NCBI GenBank assembly: GCA_016186205.1
Contig: JACPMA010000014.1
Span: 74,409 to 138,408 of the forward strand
Reading direction: 5' to 3'
DNA length: 64,000 nt
From: Candidatus Peregrinibacteria bacterium
GTDB taxonomy: Bacteria > Patescibacteriota > Gracilibacteria > UBA1369 > UM-FILTER-53-11
Below, in pieces: positions 33,658 to 41,507 of the stretch (position 1 is its first letter; every line of letters begins with the position of its first letter). The notes under the pieces were generated by a model, which worked only from the letters and a program-made list of their open reading frames with translations, ran no database searches and was not told the origin of the DNA. The position numbers were made by a program, and so were the translations under genes.

Positions 33658-34551
33658 TTAGAGTTTTTCGGCAGCGCGGAGTTTTGCGCTGCGGCTGCGC
33701 CGATTCCGGTTTATCTCTTCGTCATCCGGCGTTATAGGCTTCTTTGTTAGAATTTTCAGCGAGCCGAGCGTTTTTTGATGCCGGAAGAAATTTTTCACGA
33801 GACGATCTTCCAGCGAGTGATAGGAGATGACGACGAGCTTACCTGTGATCGAAAGAACTTTTACGGCTCCTTCAAGCCCTTTTTGCAGCACTTCTATTTC
33901 CCGATTGGCGGCAATTCGTAGGGCTTGGAAGATTCTAGTGGCCGGGTGTCGTTTGAAGTAAAAATTTGGCTTTCCCTTCGAAAAAATGTTTGCGATAAAA
34001 TCCGCAAGCTGCGATGTTGTCGCAAATTTATGCTGCCTGCGGTGCTGAACAATTTCCCGTGCAATCCTGTAAGAAGATTTTTCTTCTCCATATGTTTTAA
34101 AAATAAAAAGTAATTCTTCAAGGGTATATGTATTTACAATATCGGCTGCGGTCACTTCAGTTCTCGTGTCGAATCTCATGTCGAGCGGACCTTCATGCTG
34201 GAACGAGAATCCTCTTACCGCCTCATCCACGTGAAGCGAGGAAAGCCCAAGATCGAAAAGAATTCCGTGAATCCTCTTTTCCTTTTTGAGGATTTTTGCT
34301 CCGATCGTTTCCAGATTTTCAAAATTGTCGTGAATAAAATGAACATTTTCGTATTGTTTGAGTCGTTCCTTGGCTTTTTCCAAATTCCGTTCATCAACTT
34401 CTATTCCATAAACAGCTTCTGCTCCGTGGGTAATCAACGCCTCTGCATGACCACCCGAACCGAGTGTGCAATCTATAAAAATCTTGTTTTTAACCGGTTC
34501 TAAATACTCAAGAATCTTATTGGTAAGGACCGGAATGTGTATATCGTTCAA
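33658..34551 (-). CDS. rsmH: 16S rRNA (cytosine1402-N4)-methyltransferase
   Basis: 297 aa. CTLGSGGHAEAL, GILFDLGLSS and SYHSLEDRLVK motifs. Confidence 0.9.
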   Translation of the reverse strand: MNDIHIPVLTNKILEYLEPVKNKIFIDCTLGSGGHAEALITHGAEAVYGIEVDERNLEKAKERLKQYENVHFIHDNFENLETIGAKILKKEKRIHGILFDLGLSSLHVDEAVRGFSFQHEGPLDMRFDTRTEVTAADIVNTYTLEELLFIFKTYGEEKSSYRIAREIVQHRRQHKFATTSQLADFIANIFSKGKPNFYFKRHPATRIFQALRIAANREIEVLQKGLEGAVKVLSITGKLVVISYHSLEDRLVKNFFRHQKTLGSLKILTKKPITPDDEEINRNRRSRSAKLRAAEKL

Positions 34552-34806
34552 AACTTGTGTACAAAACGTGTATAACTTTTTTGATCACTTTGTATTAAAA
34601 ATCTACTTTTAACAGATAATCGTGTCAAATATATTTTTATTAAAAACCGTCTAAAGTTCAATTTTTGTGTTCATTTTTAAAGCTGAACGTGATTTTTTTG
34701 TTTTTTATAAGCCAAAAATCATGTTTTATGACTTTCTGTTGCGATTTTTTCGATATGTTGGATAATTTTTGTGCTCACGTATGTTTATGTATGTTAAGAT
34801 AATTTT

Positions 34807-35280
34807 ATGTGGTTAAAATGGATAAGCGATGGACTAGTCGTTTTCTTTCTATCGATGCTTCCTGTGACGGAATTACGTGGATCTCTTCCTTATGCGCTTG
34901 GGGTACTCAAGATGCCTCTTGTGCCTGCATTTCTATGGAGTATTGCAGGCAATATCGCACCGGTGGCTTTTCTTCTCATTTTACTAAATCCGGTATTCCA
35001 ATTCCTTTTTAAGCATTTTTCTTTCATTGAAAAACACGCAAAAAAATATTTTGAAAAACTCCATCATAAACACAGCGTAAAATTCAATGAACTCGGCGCG
35101 GTTTTCTTGACAATTTTTGTAGCTGTCCCCTTACCCGGAACCGGCGCATGGACAGGCGCACTTTTAGCTTACCTTTTTAATATTCCATTTTGGCTGGCTT
35201 TTGGATCTATCTCGCTCGGCGTGCTCGGAGCCGGCATTATCGTGGCATTTTTCTCTGAATCATTAATGTGGCTCTTTTAG
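34807..35280 (+). CDS. small multidrug-export-family (COG2426-like) membrane protein
   Basis: 157 aa with 4 TM helices. The PVTELRGSLPYAL motif is typical of the Sm_multidrug_ex family. Confidence 0.65.
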   Translation: MWLKWISDGLVVFFLSMLPVTELRGSLPYALGVLKMPLVPAFLWSIAGNIAPVAFLLILLNPVFQFLFKHFSFIEKHAKKYFEKLHHKHSVKFNELGAVFLTIFVAVPLPGTGAWTGALLAYLFNIPFWLAFGSISLGVLGAGIIVAFFSESLMWLF

Positions 35281-35879
35281 ATAAAATCCAACAAACGCCG
35301 GATTTCTTTTTTATCCAAATTGGAGGAAATGACGGCAAAAGAGGCGATCCGATCTATCCTTATATAATCCGCTATGGATGGAAGGGTATTATCGTGGAAC
35401 CAACTCAATACTGGTTTCAGAAGCTTTCACAAACATATCACCATCATTCCCATATTCGACTTGAAAACGCTGCCATAGCAGAAATCGATGGAGAAAAAAC
35501 TCTTTACCAAGTAGAGCCGCGCAATTGGTACTTAAGATTTATTGGCGGGAGTTTAAGTTCATTTTCTCTAAATACTTTATTGAAACACAAATGGCGGCCT
35601 GGATTAAAAAACAATATCGTCACCAACGCGGTTCCATGCCTATCCTTTAAAACGCTTTTTGCAAAATACCACGTAACGAAAATCGATCTCCTTGTTATGG
35701 ACACCGAGGGCTATGATTACACACTTTTACAGCATTTTGATTTTTCTTATATCCGCCCGATCATGATTCTCTATGAACATAAGCATATGTCTGAAAAAGA
35801 AGAAAAAACCTGCCGCTTACTTCTGGAGGAAAATGGATATCGCCTCGAGAAACAGGGGCGTAATACATTTGCTTACTAA
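35268..35879 (+). CDS. FkbM-family methyltransferase
   Basis: 203 aa. FFIQIGGNDGKRGDPIY...IIVEP...IDLLVMDTEGYD pattern. Confidence 0.6.
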   Translation: MALLDKIQQTPDFFFIQIGGNDGKRGDPIYPYIIRYGWKGIIVEPTQYWFQKLSQTYHHHSHIRLENAAIAEIDGEKTLYQVEPRNWYLRFIGGSLSSFSLNTLLKHKWRPGLKNNIVTNAVPCLSFKTLFAKYHVTKIDLLVMDTEGYDYTLLQHFDFSYIRPIMILYEHKHMSEKEEKTCRLLLEENGYRLEKQGRNTFAY

Positions 35880-35925
35880 CGGAGGATGTATTTTTTCTAA
35901 AAAACTGTTATATATATCATCTCTT

Positions 35926-36345
35926 ATGATAACAGAAGTTTTTCCTCGCGGCGAGGAAATCGATGCTGAAATACAAAAATTAGACGTTCTTGTCCTTATG
36001 AGATTGATAGATCTCGCGATGGTTATTGAAGCTGCTGTAAAAGGATGCATTCTCGGCGTCAAAGCTCAACAAGTTCGACGAAAATTCAATGGCAAACCTG
36101 TAACAATAACTCCGGAAAGCTCTTCGCAGGTAGTTCACGACCTCGTTCATATTGCTGATTTTCAAAATCTTTTAAGTGATTTAGCTGGTGCTCCAGCTCT
36201 CGCATCTTTATTTCATTTCGAAAACGGACAAATTTTGCCGCTTCAGCAAATACTAGCCAGGATGATATGGCTGCGCGGATCAATTCGGAAAGTCATTAAC
36301 AACCGAAGATTTTTTCAGAGAGATGGAAGCTACCGTGTCGAATAA
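35926..36345 (+). CDS. hypothetical protein
   Basis: The interior ATG (MITEVFPRGEE...) was chosen to avoid overlap with the FkbM gene. No recognisable motif. Its 3' end overlaps the convergent tsaC by 50 nt. Confidence 0.4.
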   Translation: MITEVFPRGEEIDAEIQKLDVLVLMRLIDLAMVIEAAVKGCILGVKAQQVRRKFNGKPVTITPESSSQVVHDLVHIADFQNLLSDLAGAPALASLFHFENGQILPLQQILARMIWLRGSIRKVINNRRFFQRDGSYRVE

Positions 36346-36895
36346 TTTTTGGCGTTTTTTGGCTTATATCAATGATTGTGGAAGGTGGATTTTTTTTGAG
36401 GCGGCCGCTGTCGAGAATAAAATCGGGTTTTAATTTTCGGCTGCGGAATTGTTTTTGAATCGCTGAAACCGAATATGGCGGCGGCTGGCCGGAGATGTTA
36501 GCGCTCGTTGTAGTGAGGGGCCGGCCAAAAGCTTTTATAAGCTTAATGGAAAGCGCGTGCGCCGGAACGCGGATTCCGATCGTCTTTATGCCGGGATTGA
36601 AAAATTTTGGCAGCGTGTTTTTTCGTTTCACAATAATTGTGAGAGGCCCGGGCCAGTATTTTTTCGCAAAAATAAGGGCTTTTTTCGAAAACACACCGTA
36701 TTTTTTCGCCATGGTAAGACTATGCACCATAATCGAAACCGGTTTTTGCAAAGACATTTTTTTTATTTTATAAAGGCTCACGAGCGCTCGCTTACTAAAA
36801 GCATCACACGCAAAACCATAACACGTCTCTGTTGCATGCGCGATGACGCCGCCTGTACGAAGCTTGTTAAGCGCTTTTTGAAGGCTTTTTTTCAC
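36296..36895 (-). CDS. tsaC: L-threonylcarbamoyladenylate synthase (YrdC/Sua5 family)
   Basis: LRTGGVIAHATETCYGFACDA...KPVSIMV...LTTTSANISG. A GTG start at 36895 (VKKSLQKAL...) is preferred to the ORF-track start at 37099, which would run into gap. Confidence 0.8.
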   Translation of the reverse strand: MKKSLQKALNKLRTGGVIAHATETCYGFACDAFSKRALVSLYKIKKMSLQKPVSIMVHSLTMAKKYGVFSKKALIFAKKYWPGPLTIIVKRKNTLPKFFNPGIKTIGIRVPAHALSIKLIKAFGRPLTTTSANISGQPPPYSVSAIQKQFRSRKLKPDFILDSGRLKKNPPSTIIDISQKTPKIIRHGSFHLSEKIFGC

Positions 36896-36947
36896 TAAAC
36901 CATTGTAACATTTGCAGATTTTTTTGATTTCCGTTACTTTGGGAACC

Positions 36948-37952
36948 GTGGGTAAACCTCGAGTTGCAATAAACGGCTTTGGACGAATCGGACGTATGAT
37001 GTTCCGAGCCAATTTAGTGCGCGGCCTCGTAGATATCGTCGCCGTAAATGATCTGTCGCCGGCCGATGTGCATGCGCATTTACTCAAATATGACTCCACT
37101 TACGGCACGATTGCCGATGACATAAAAACCGATGGAGGAAATTTGGTGGTGAATGGGAAAAAAGTTACGGTCTTCAATAAAAAAGACCCTTCGGAGCTCC
37201 CATGGAAAGATCTTGGCATTGATGTTGTACTTGAATCCACAGGCGTTTTTACAGATCGCGATGGCGCAAGCAAACATCTCGCCGCCGGAGCAAAACGCGT
37301 GCTTATCACTGCGCCGGCAAAATCGCCGGATGCGACGTTTGTAATCGGCGTAAATGACGGCGCGTTCGATCCGCAAAAACATTTCATTATTTCAAATGCT
37401 TCTTGCACCACGAATTGTCTCGCGCCGCTCGCAAAAGTGCTCGATGAAACTTATGGAATCGAACACGGCTTTATGACAACGATTCATTCTTATACAAACG
37501 ATCAAAAAATTCTTGATCTTCCGCATAAAGATTTGCGGCGGGCTCGGGCAGCAGGGCTCTCCCTCATTCCAACCACAACAGGCGCTGCCAAAGCCATCGG
37601 CGAAGTGCTCCCTCATCTCAAAGGGAAACTGGATGGCGTGTCCATTCGCGCTCCAACACCAACGGTTTCACTCGTTGATCTTGCGGTAAATGTAAAACGT
37701 CAGCCAAAAGACGCAAAAGAAGTTAATGAACTTTTGCGCAAAGCCGCAGCCGGTCCGCTCAAAAATATTCTCGATGTCGAAGATGCGCCGCTTGTGTCAG
37801 TCGACTTTAAACACAACCCTCATTCCAGCATTATCGATAGCGCGCTCACTATGGTTAATGGAAACCTCATCAAAGTGTTTTCTTGGTATGACAATGAATG
37901 GGGGTATTCCATGCGTACGATTGAACTTGCGGCAAAAATGGGAGGACGCTAA
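36948..37952 (+). CDS. gap: glyceraldehyde-3-phosphate dehydrogenase, type I
   Basis: VAINGFGRIGR, active site SNASCTTNCLAP, TTIHSYTNDQ and WYDNEWGYS. The GTG at 36948 places the start just before the Rossmann motif (the ORF-track start is TTG at 36912). Confidence 0.9.
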   Translation: MGKPRVAINGFGRIGRMMFRANLVRGLVDIVAVNDLSPADVHAHLLKYDSTYGTIADDIKTDGGNLVVNGKKVTVFNKKDPSELPWKDLGIDVVLESTGVFTDRDGASKHLAAGAKRVLITAPAKSPDATFVIGVNDGAFDPQKHFIISNASCTTNCLAPLAKVLDETYGIEHGFMTTIHSYTNDQKILDLPHKDLRRARAAGLSLIPTTTGAAKAIGEVLPHLKGKLDGVSIRAPTPTVSLVDLAVNVKRQPKDAKEVNELLRKAAAGPLKNILDVEDAPLVSVDFKHNPHSSIIDSALTMVNGNLIKVFSWYDNEWGYSMRTIELAAKMGGR

Positions 37953-37989
37953 GATGAAGTCTAAAAATTAATTTTTAACCTTTTTTGCT

Positions 37990-39300
37990 ATGGGTGCAGA
38001 AACACAGCGCGAGGAAAATGTTGGCCTAAATGGAATTGCCGGAACAGTCGGAATAAATGCCGCAGTGGAATATATGCTCGCGAATGACGATCCGGATTTA
38101 CATTTAACGAGAGGAAATGATCTTGTCTTTAAAAGAAATGGGCCTGAAGGAGGCGTTGATGAAGATATTGTAAGGGATTTTGCCCGTTATCTTGCAGAAT
38201 TCGGCAATCAAGGAAGACGACTTTTAGATGAACCGATTCGAACGAGTGCACGCCGTATGGCGGTGGTGAGAGCTATTGAAGCACATCGAAATAGACTTCG
38301 CTTTGTAGTAGATAATTATGTTACACATCCAGATAATGGAAGATACTTAGTCGATCCTCTCCATGAAGTACGTGATGACACTATAGAACTGGATGCAATA
38401 AAGGATCCGCAAGAAATTCCATGGAGCGATGGCGAACATCCAGCTGGACATGTTGTTGATGCAACTACACAAATAGTCACAGCAGATGATATTCGTAAAC
38501 ATCTTCGCGGAAGAGTAACGCAAGCGGTAAAAACAGCGCCGGCAAAAGGTGGTGGTTTTGATTTTCTCTGGGTGGCCGGTGTAACTGATGATGGCTTTCG
38601 GCCTGCTGAACATAGAGCGATAGCCGAGGGGGCTTGCACCCTGCAGTGTTTTGGTGCAGTTATGGATCCTCTTTTCGGAGTAAAAAATTTGAGGCCGCAG
38701 CGCATAGAATTCTCAACAATTCACGGAGTTACTGGCGATCAAAAGCTTGTCCGCGGTTTCCGGCCGGAAGATATGCCGCGCGGACTTCCAGGCGATGAAG
38801 ATTTTATCCGGACGAAATCCGGAAGCGCCGGTGATCTTACGCAACTTGTACGATTTCTTGCACTGCGCCACGGAACATTTGCGAGGTATAAAGCACAAGA
38901 AGATCTCATTGCTGAGCTTGTCGAAAAAACGCGGCTCACTTCTGCGACCCGCGTGCCTCCGAAAGATTCCGCAACGCTCGATTTTCGAGTAGAAGCAGAC
39001 GGCGATTTTACGCAAGATGATATTTTAGAAGCATATCGAATTTTTGGCAGAGAACATCCTGAAGTGCTTCGCGTTGAAGAAAATCCTGTGGCAATTGCAA
39101 GTTCTACTATTCGTGGACGCCGCGAATCAGGCATTATGTTCCTAGATACTTTAGAAGTTGAAGATGGTCACATTATCCGCGGAACCGCCGGTTATGCCCA
39201 TGAAGACAACAGCCCACATGCAAGCATGCGCATTTCAAAAATGATTGCGGAAAGAAAACGCATGAAGCCTGCTATAACAGGAGCAGGCGTGGCTGGATAA
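37990..39300 (+). CDS. highly divergent GAPDH-fold paralog (unknown specificity)
   Basis: 436 aa. It aligns by eye to the adjacent gap product in five places. GLNGIAGTVG corresponds to INGFGRIGR. KDPQEIPW..KTAPAK corresponds to KDPSELPW..ITAPAK. EGACTLQC corresponds to ASCTTNC. STIHGVTGDQKLV corresponds to TTIHSYTNDQKIL. GYAHEDNSPHASMRI corresponds to SWYDNEWGYSMRTI. Confidence 0.7.
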   Translation: MGAETQREENVGLNGIAGTVGINAAVEYMLANDDPDLHLTRGNDLVFKRNGPEGGVDEDIVRDFARYLAEFGNQGRRLLDEPIRTSARRMAVVRAIEAHRNRLRFVVDNYVTHPDNGRYLVDPLHEVRDDTIELDAIKDPQEIPWSDGEHPAGHVVDATTQIVTADDIRKHLRGRVTQAVKTAPAKGGGFDFLWVAGVTDDGFRPAEHRAIAEGACTLQCFGAVMDPLFGVKNLRPQRIEFSTIHGVTGDQKLVRGFRPEDMPRGLPGDEDFIRTKSGSAGDLTQLVRFLALRHGTFARYKAQEDLIAELVEKTRLTSATRVPPKDSATLDFRVEADGDFTQDDILEAYRIFGREHPEVLRVEENPVAIASSTIRGRRESGIMFLDTLEVEDGHIIRGTAGYAHEDNSPHASMRISKMIAERKRMKPAITGAGVAG

Positions 39301-39323
39301 TCCATGACGTTAGTTCGCGGGAC

Positions 39324-39352
39324 TTGCCTTAGACATTCTGGCACTGTATAAT
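39324..39352 (+). promoter_or_regulatory. sigma70-type promoter of hrcA (TTGCCT-N17-TATAAT)
   Basis: -35 at 39324-39329 and -10 at 39347-39352, with hand-counted 17-nt spacing. The -10 lies inside the spacer of the CIRCE-like operator. Confidence 0.6.
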
Positions 39353-39364
39353 CCAGAGTGCCAG
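39338..39364. promoter_or_regulatory. CIRCE-like operator (CTGGCACTG-N9-GAGTGCCAG)
   Basis: Same 9-9-9 geometry as CIRCE (TTAGCACTC-N9-GAGTGCTAA). The arms are complementary at 8 of 9 positions. Confidence 0.6.
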
Positions 39365-39399
39365 TTTGGTTTTTGTAAAGCCATTTAAGGCCCTATGTT

Positions 39400-40110
39400 A
39401 TGGATCGCCGACGCGCCATATTGAATGCCATTATCAGTGAATTTCTTGAGACCGCCGAGCCGGTCGGATCTCACGCGATTGTTGTCGGATACCATTTTTC
39501 TGTTTCGCCGGCGACCATCCGCAATGAAATGGTGAATTTGGAAGATGAAGGACTGATTTTCCAACCGCACACTTCGGCAGGCAGAATTCCAACGGACACG
39601 GGTTATCGGCTCTATGTAGATGAACTCGCGGATTTTGAAGAAGCTGAAAAACAAGCAGAAAAAGCGCTGCAAAAAGTCCTGCATGAATATGCCACTGCAA
39701 AAGCTCGGGAAAAAATTTATGATGCGGTTAGGATTCTCGCACACGCTACGGGCAATGCAAGTTTTGCAACTTTGCCCGATAATCAGCGCACTTTTTATTT
39801 AGGCCTTTCAAATGTTTTGCGGCAGCCGGAATTTGCGCGCGATCCCATGCGGGCTTCGCAAGTTGTCGAGGTGTTGGAAGATACTGATAATTTTGTAAAA
39901 ATCCTCCGGCAGCTCGATCTCAATAATCAAACGAGGATATTCATCGGAAAGGAAAATATACTCCCTCAAATTCAATCATGCGCGATGGTGGTGAGCCCTT
40001 ATCGCGTCGGGCATTTCGAAGGTTTTTTCGGTATTCTTGGTCCCACGCGCATGCAATATCCTTTTAATTATGCGATGGTAAACAAAGTAAAATTACTAAT
40101 TTCTAATTGA
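39400..40110 (+). CDS. hrcA: heat-inducible transcription repressor HrcA (short form)
   Basis: 236 aa. N-terminal wHTH ILNAIISEFLETAEPVGSHAIV...VSPATIRNEMVNLEDEGLIFQPHTSAGRIPTDTGYRLYVD. Typical HrcA is about 340 aa. Confidence 0.85.
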   Translation: MDRRRAILNAIISEFLETAEPVGSHAIVVGYHFSVSPATIRNEMVNLEDEGLIFQPHTSAGRIPTDTGYRLYVDELADFEEAEKQAEKALQKVLHEYATAKAREKIYDAVRILAHATGNASFATLPDNQRTFYLGLSNVLRQPEFARDPMRASQVVEVLEDTDNFVKILRQLDLNNQTRIFIGKENILPQIQSCAMVVSPYRVGHFEGFFGILGPTRMQYPFNYAMVNKVKLLISN

Positions 40111-40125
40111 CCTAATGACTAATCA

Positions 40126-40653
40126 ATGACCAATGATCAAAATCAAAATGCTGGAATTCCTGCTGCTTCAGACAATCTTCAGGCTGATTTAGATTCAGCC
40201 AATAAGCAAATCCAAGATCTTACCGAAACCGCCAAACGGGCGCTCGCGGATCTTCAGAATTATCGGCGGCGCGTAGAGGAAGAGAAGACGGCGTTTGTGC
40301 AATTTGCGAATGCCGGACTTTTGCTCGAGCTTCTGCCGATTTTGGATAATTTCAATCGCGCGTTTACGCAGGTTCCGGAAGAAATTTCAAAAACCGAGTG
40401 GTTTAAAGGCGCGCTTTTGCTTGAACAGCAACTTGTCAACATTGTGCGCAAGCAAGGCGTAACGGAAATTCCTTCTTCAATCGGCAAACCGCTCGATCCA
40501 AAAATCCATGAAGCCATCGCAACCGGTCCTGGCGAAAAAGACACGGTGATTGAAGAATTTGAAAAAGGCTATATGCTCGGCGATAAAGTCATTCGTCCGG
40601 CGAAGGTAAAGGTTGGTGATGGCAACCCTACGCCGTCCCAGGACGGTTTTTGA
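40126..40653 (+). CDS. grpE: nucleotide exchange factor GrpE
   Basis: 175 aa. ADLQNYRRRVEEE...LLPILDNFNRA...GYMLGDKVIRPAKVKV. Confidence 0.9.
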   Translation: MTNDQNQNAGIPAASDNLQADLDSANKQIQDLTETAKRALADLQNYRRRVEEEKTAFVQFANAGLLLELLPILDNFNRAFTQVPEEISKTEWFKGALLLEQQLVNIVRKQGVTEIPSSIGKPLDPKIHEAIATGPGEKDTVIEEFEKGYMLGDKVIRPAKVKVGDGNPTPSQDGF

Positions 40654-40701
40654 CTTTATAGAATAATGTGGCAATTTACGTCTGTACGTACACATCTAAT
40701 G

Positions 40702-40710
40702 TGATATAAT
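40702..40710 (+). promoter_or_regulatory. extended -10 element TGATATAAT, 6 nt upstream of the ATG (possible leaderless mRNA)
   Basis: TATAAT at 40705-40710 and ATG at 40717. No Shine-Dalgarno sequence can fit in the 6-nt gap. Confidence 0.4.
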
Positions 40711-40716
40711 TTAGGT

Positions 40717-41436
40717 ATGGGTCTACCAGAAGATGGTGCTGAAGCGACTGAACCCACACCAGCTATTGCCGCAGCTCCAAGTACAACCACCGGTACTCCA
40801 CCTAAACCTGAAGCAACGGAAGTAGTTCCGGAAATGAGTTTGACAGTAGCAGGCGCATGCAACAATCCTCACGGAAATTACGTCGGCTTAAACAAAGGCC
40901 AACGCGATAAGTTACAAGTTGAAATTGGATCAAGTGTAGAACTTATGGATGGTGCCGGACAAAGCCTCGGTATTTTTACTGTCGGCACAGGATCAAAAAA
41001 CCTTTTACTTGAATCAGAAAAATTTACGGCCAATGGAGTTGGCGTTGGCGCTACGGTGACCGTAAAAAGGGCTGTAAAAAAATCTGAACGAGAAATTAAT
41101 TTGTCTGCTTCCTACGGAATTGAAGCAGCAGAACAGCATGAACGACGCGCTGGGATTATTAGAAATCGCTTCCCGGATATGGATCCGGAAGACTATATTA
41201 CTGTGCCAACGGCACTTGGAAGAGAACTTGGTTTTTCGCCAAATCCGGCGGCAAAAGCAACAGTTCTCTCTATTAGTAAAGGAAGAGTGCGAATCGGCGG
41301 CATTGATCATGAAATCGTCATGGTACCTTCTGGCAGTACAATTGGCTTCACGACCAAAGCAGCGCAAAGACTTGGCATACCTAAAGAACTTGGAACTATT
41401 AAGGTACGAATTGATAACGGAGTGTTAGTGATCTGA
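40717..41436 (+). CDS. stand-alone tandem beta-barrel protein resembling the Cdc48/VAT N-domain or AbrB-like fold
   Basis: 239 aa. A/P/T-rich N-terminus, then LTVAGACNNPHGNYVGLNKGQRDKLQVEIGSSVELMDGAGQSLGIFTV...ANGVGVGATVTVKRA. This pattern resembles VAT-N (LRVAEA..G..RLDP..M..LGV..GD.VEI.G...NAGVSIGDKVTVRKA). A second related half follows. Confidence 0.6.
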   Translation: MGLPEDGAEATEPTPAIAAAPSTTTGTPPKPEATEVVPEMSLTVAGACNNPHGNYVGLNKGQRDKLQVEIGSSVELMDGAGQSLGIFTVGTGSKNLLLESEKFTANGVGVGATVTVKRAVKKSEREINLSASYGIEAAEQHERRAGIIRNRFPDMDPEDYITVPTALGRELGFSPNPAAKATVLSISKGRVRIGGIDHEIVMVPSGSTIGFTTKAAQRLGIPKELGTIKVRIDNGVLVI

Positions 41437-41446
41437 AAAATCCCCC

Positions 41447-41475
41447 TTGACCTCCCGCCGTTAGCACTCTAAAAT
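41447..41475 (+). promoter_or_regulatory. sigma70-type promoter of dnaK (TTGACC-N17-TAAAAT)
   Basis: -35 at 41447-41452 and -10 at 41470-41475. The -10 lies inside the CIRCE spacer. Confidence 0.65.
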
Positions 41476-41487
41476 ATTGAGTGCTAA
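41461..41487. promoter_or_regulatory. CIRCE operator (HrcA binding site), perfect consensus
   Basis: TTAGCACTC-TAAAATATT-GAGTGCTAA. It ends 20 nt upstream of the dnaK ATG. Confidence 0.9.
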
Positions 41488-41507
41488 TTATTTAATACCT
41501 CAATTTT

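Noticed and set aside
36896-37099. The N-terminal 68-aa extension of tsaC given by the ORF track (start at 37099).
   Set aside because: The extension is non-conserved, Arg/Thr-rich, and antisense to the gap 5' region. A GTG at 36895 starts right before the conserved YrdC core.
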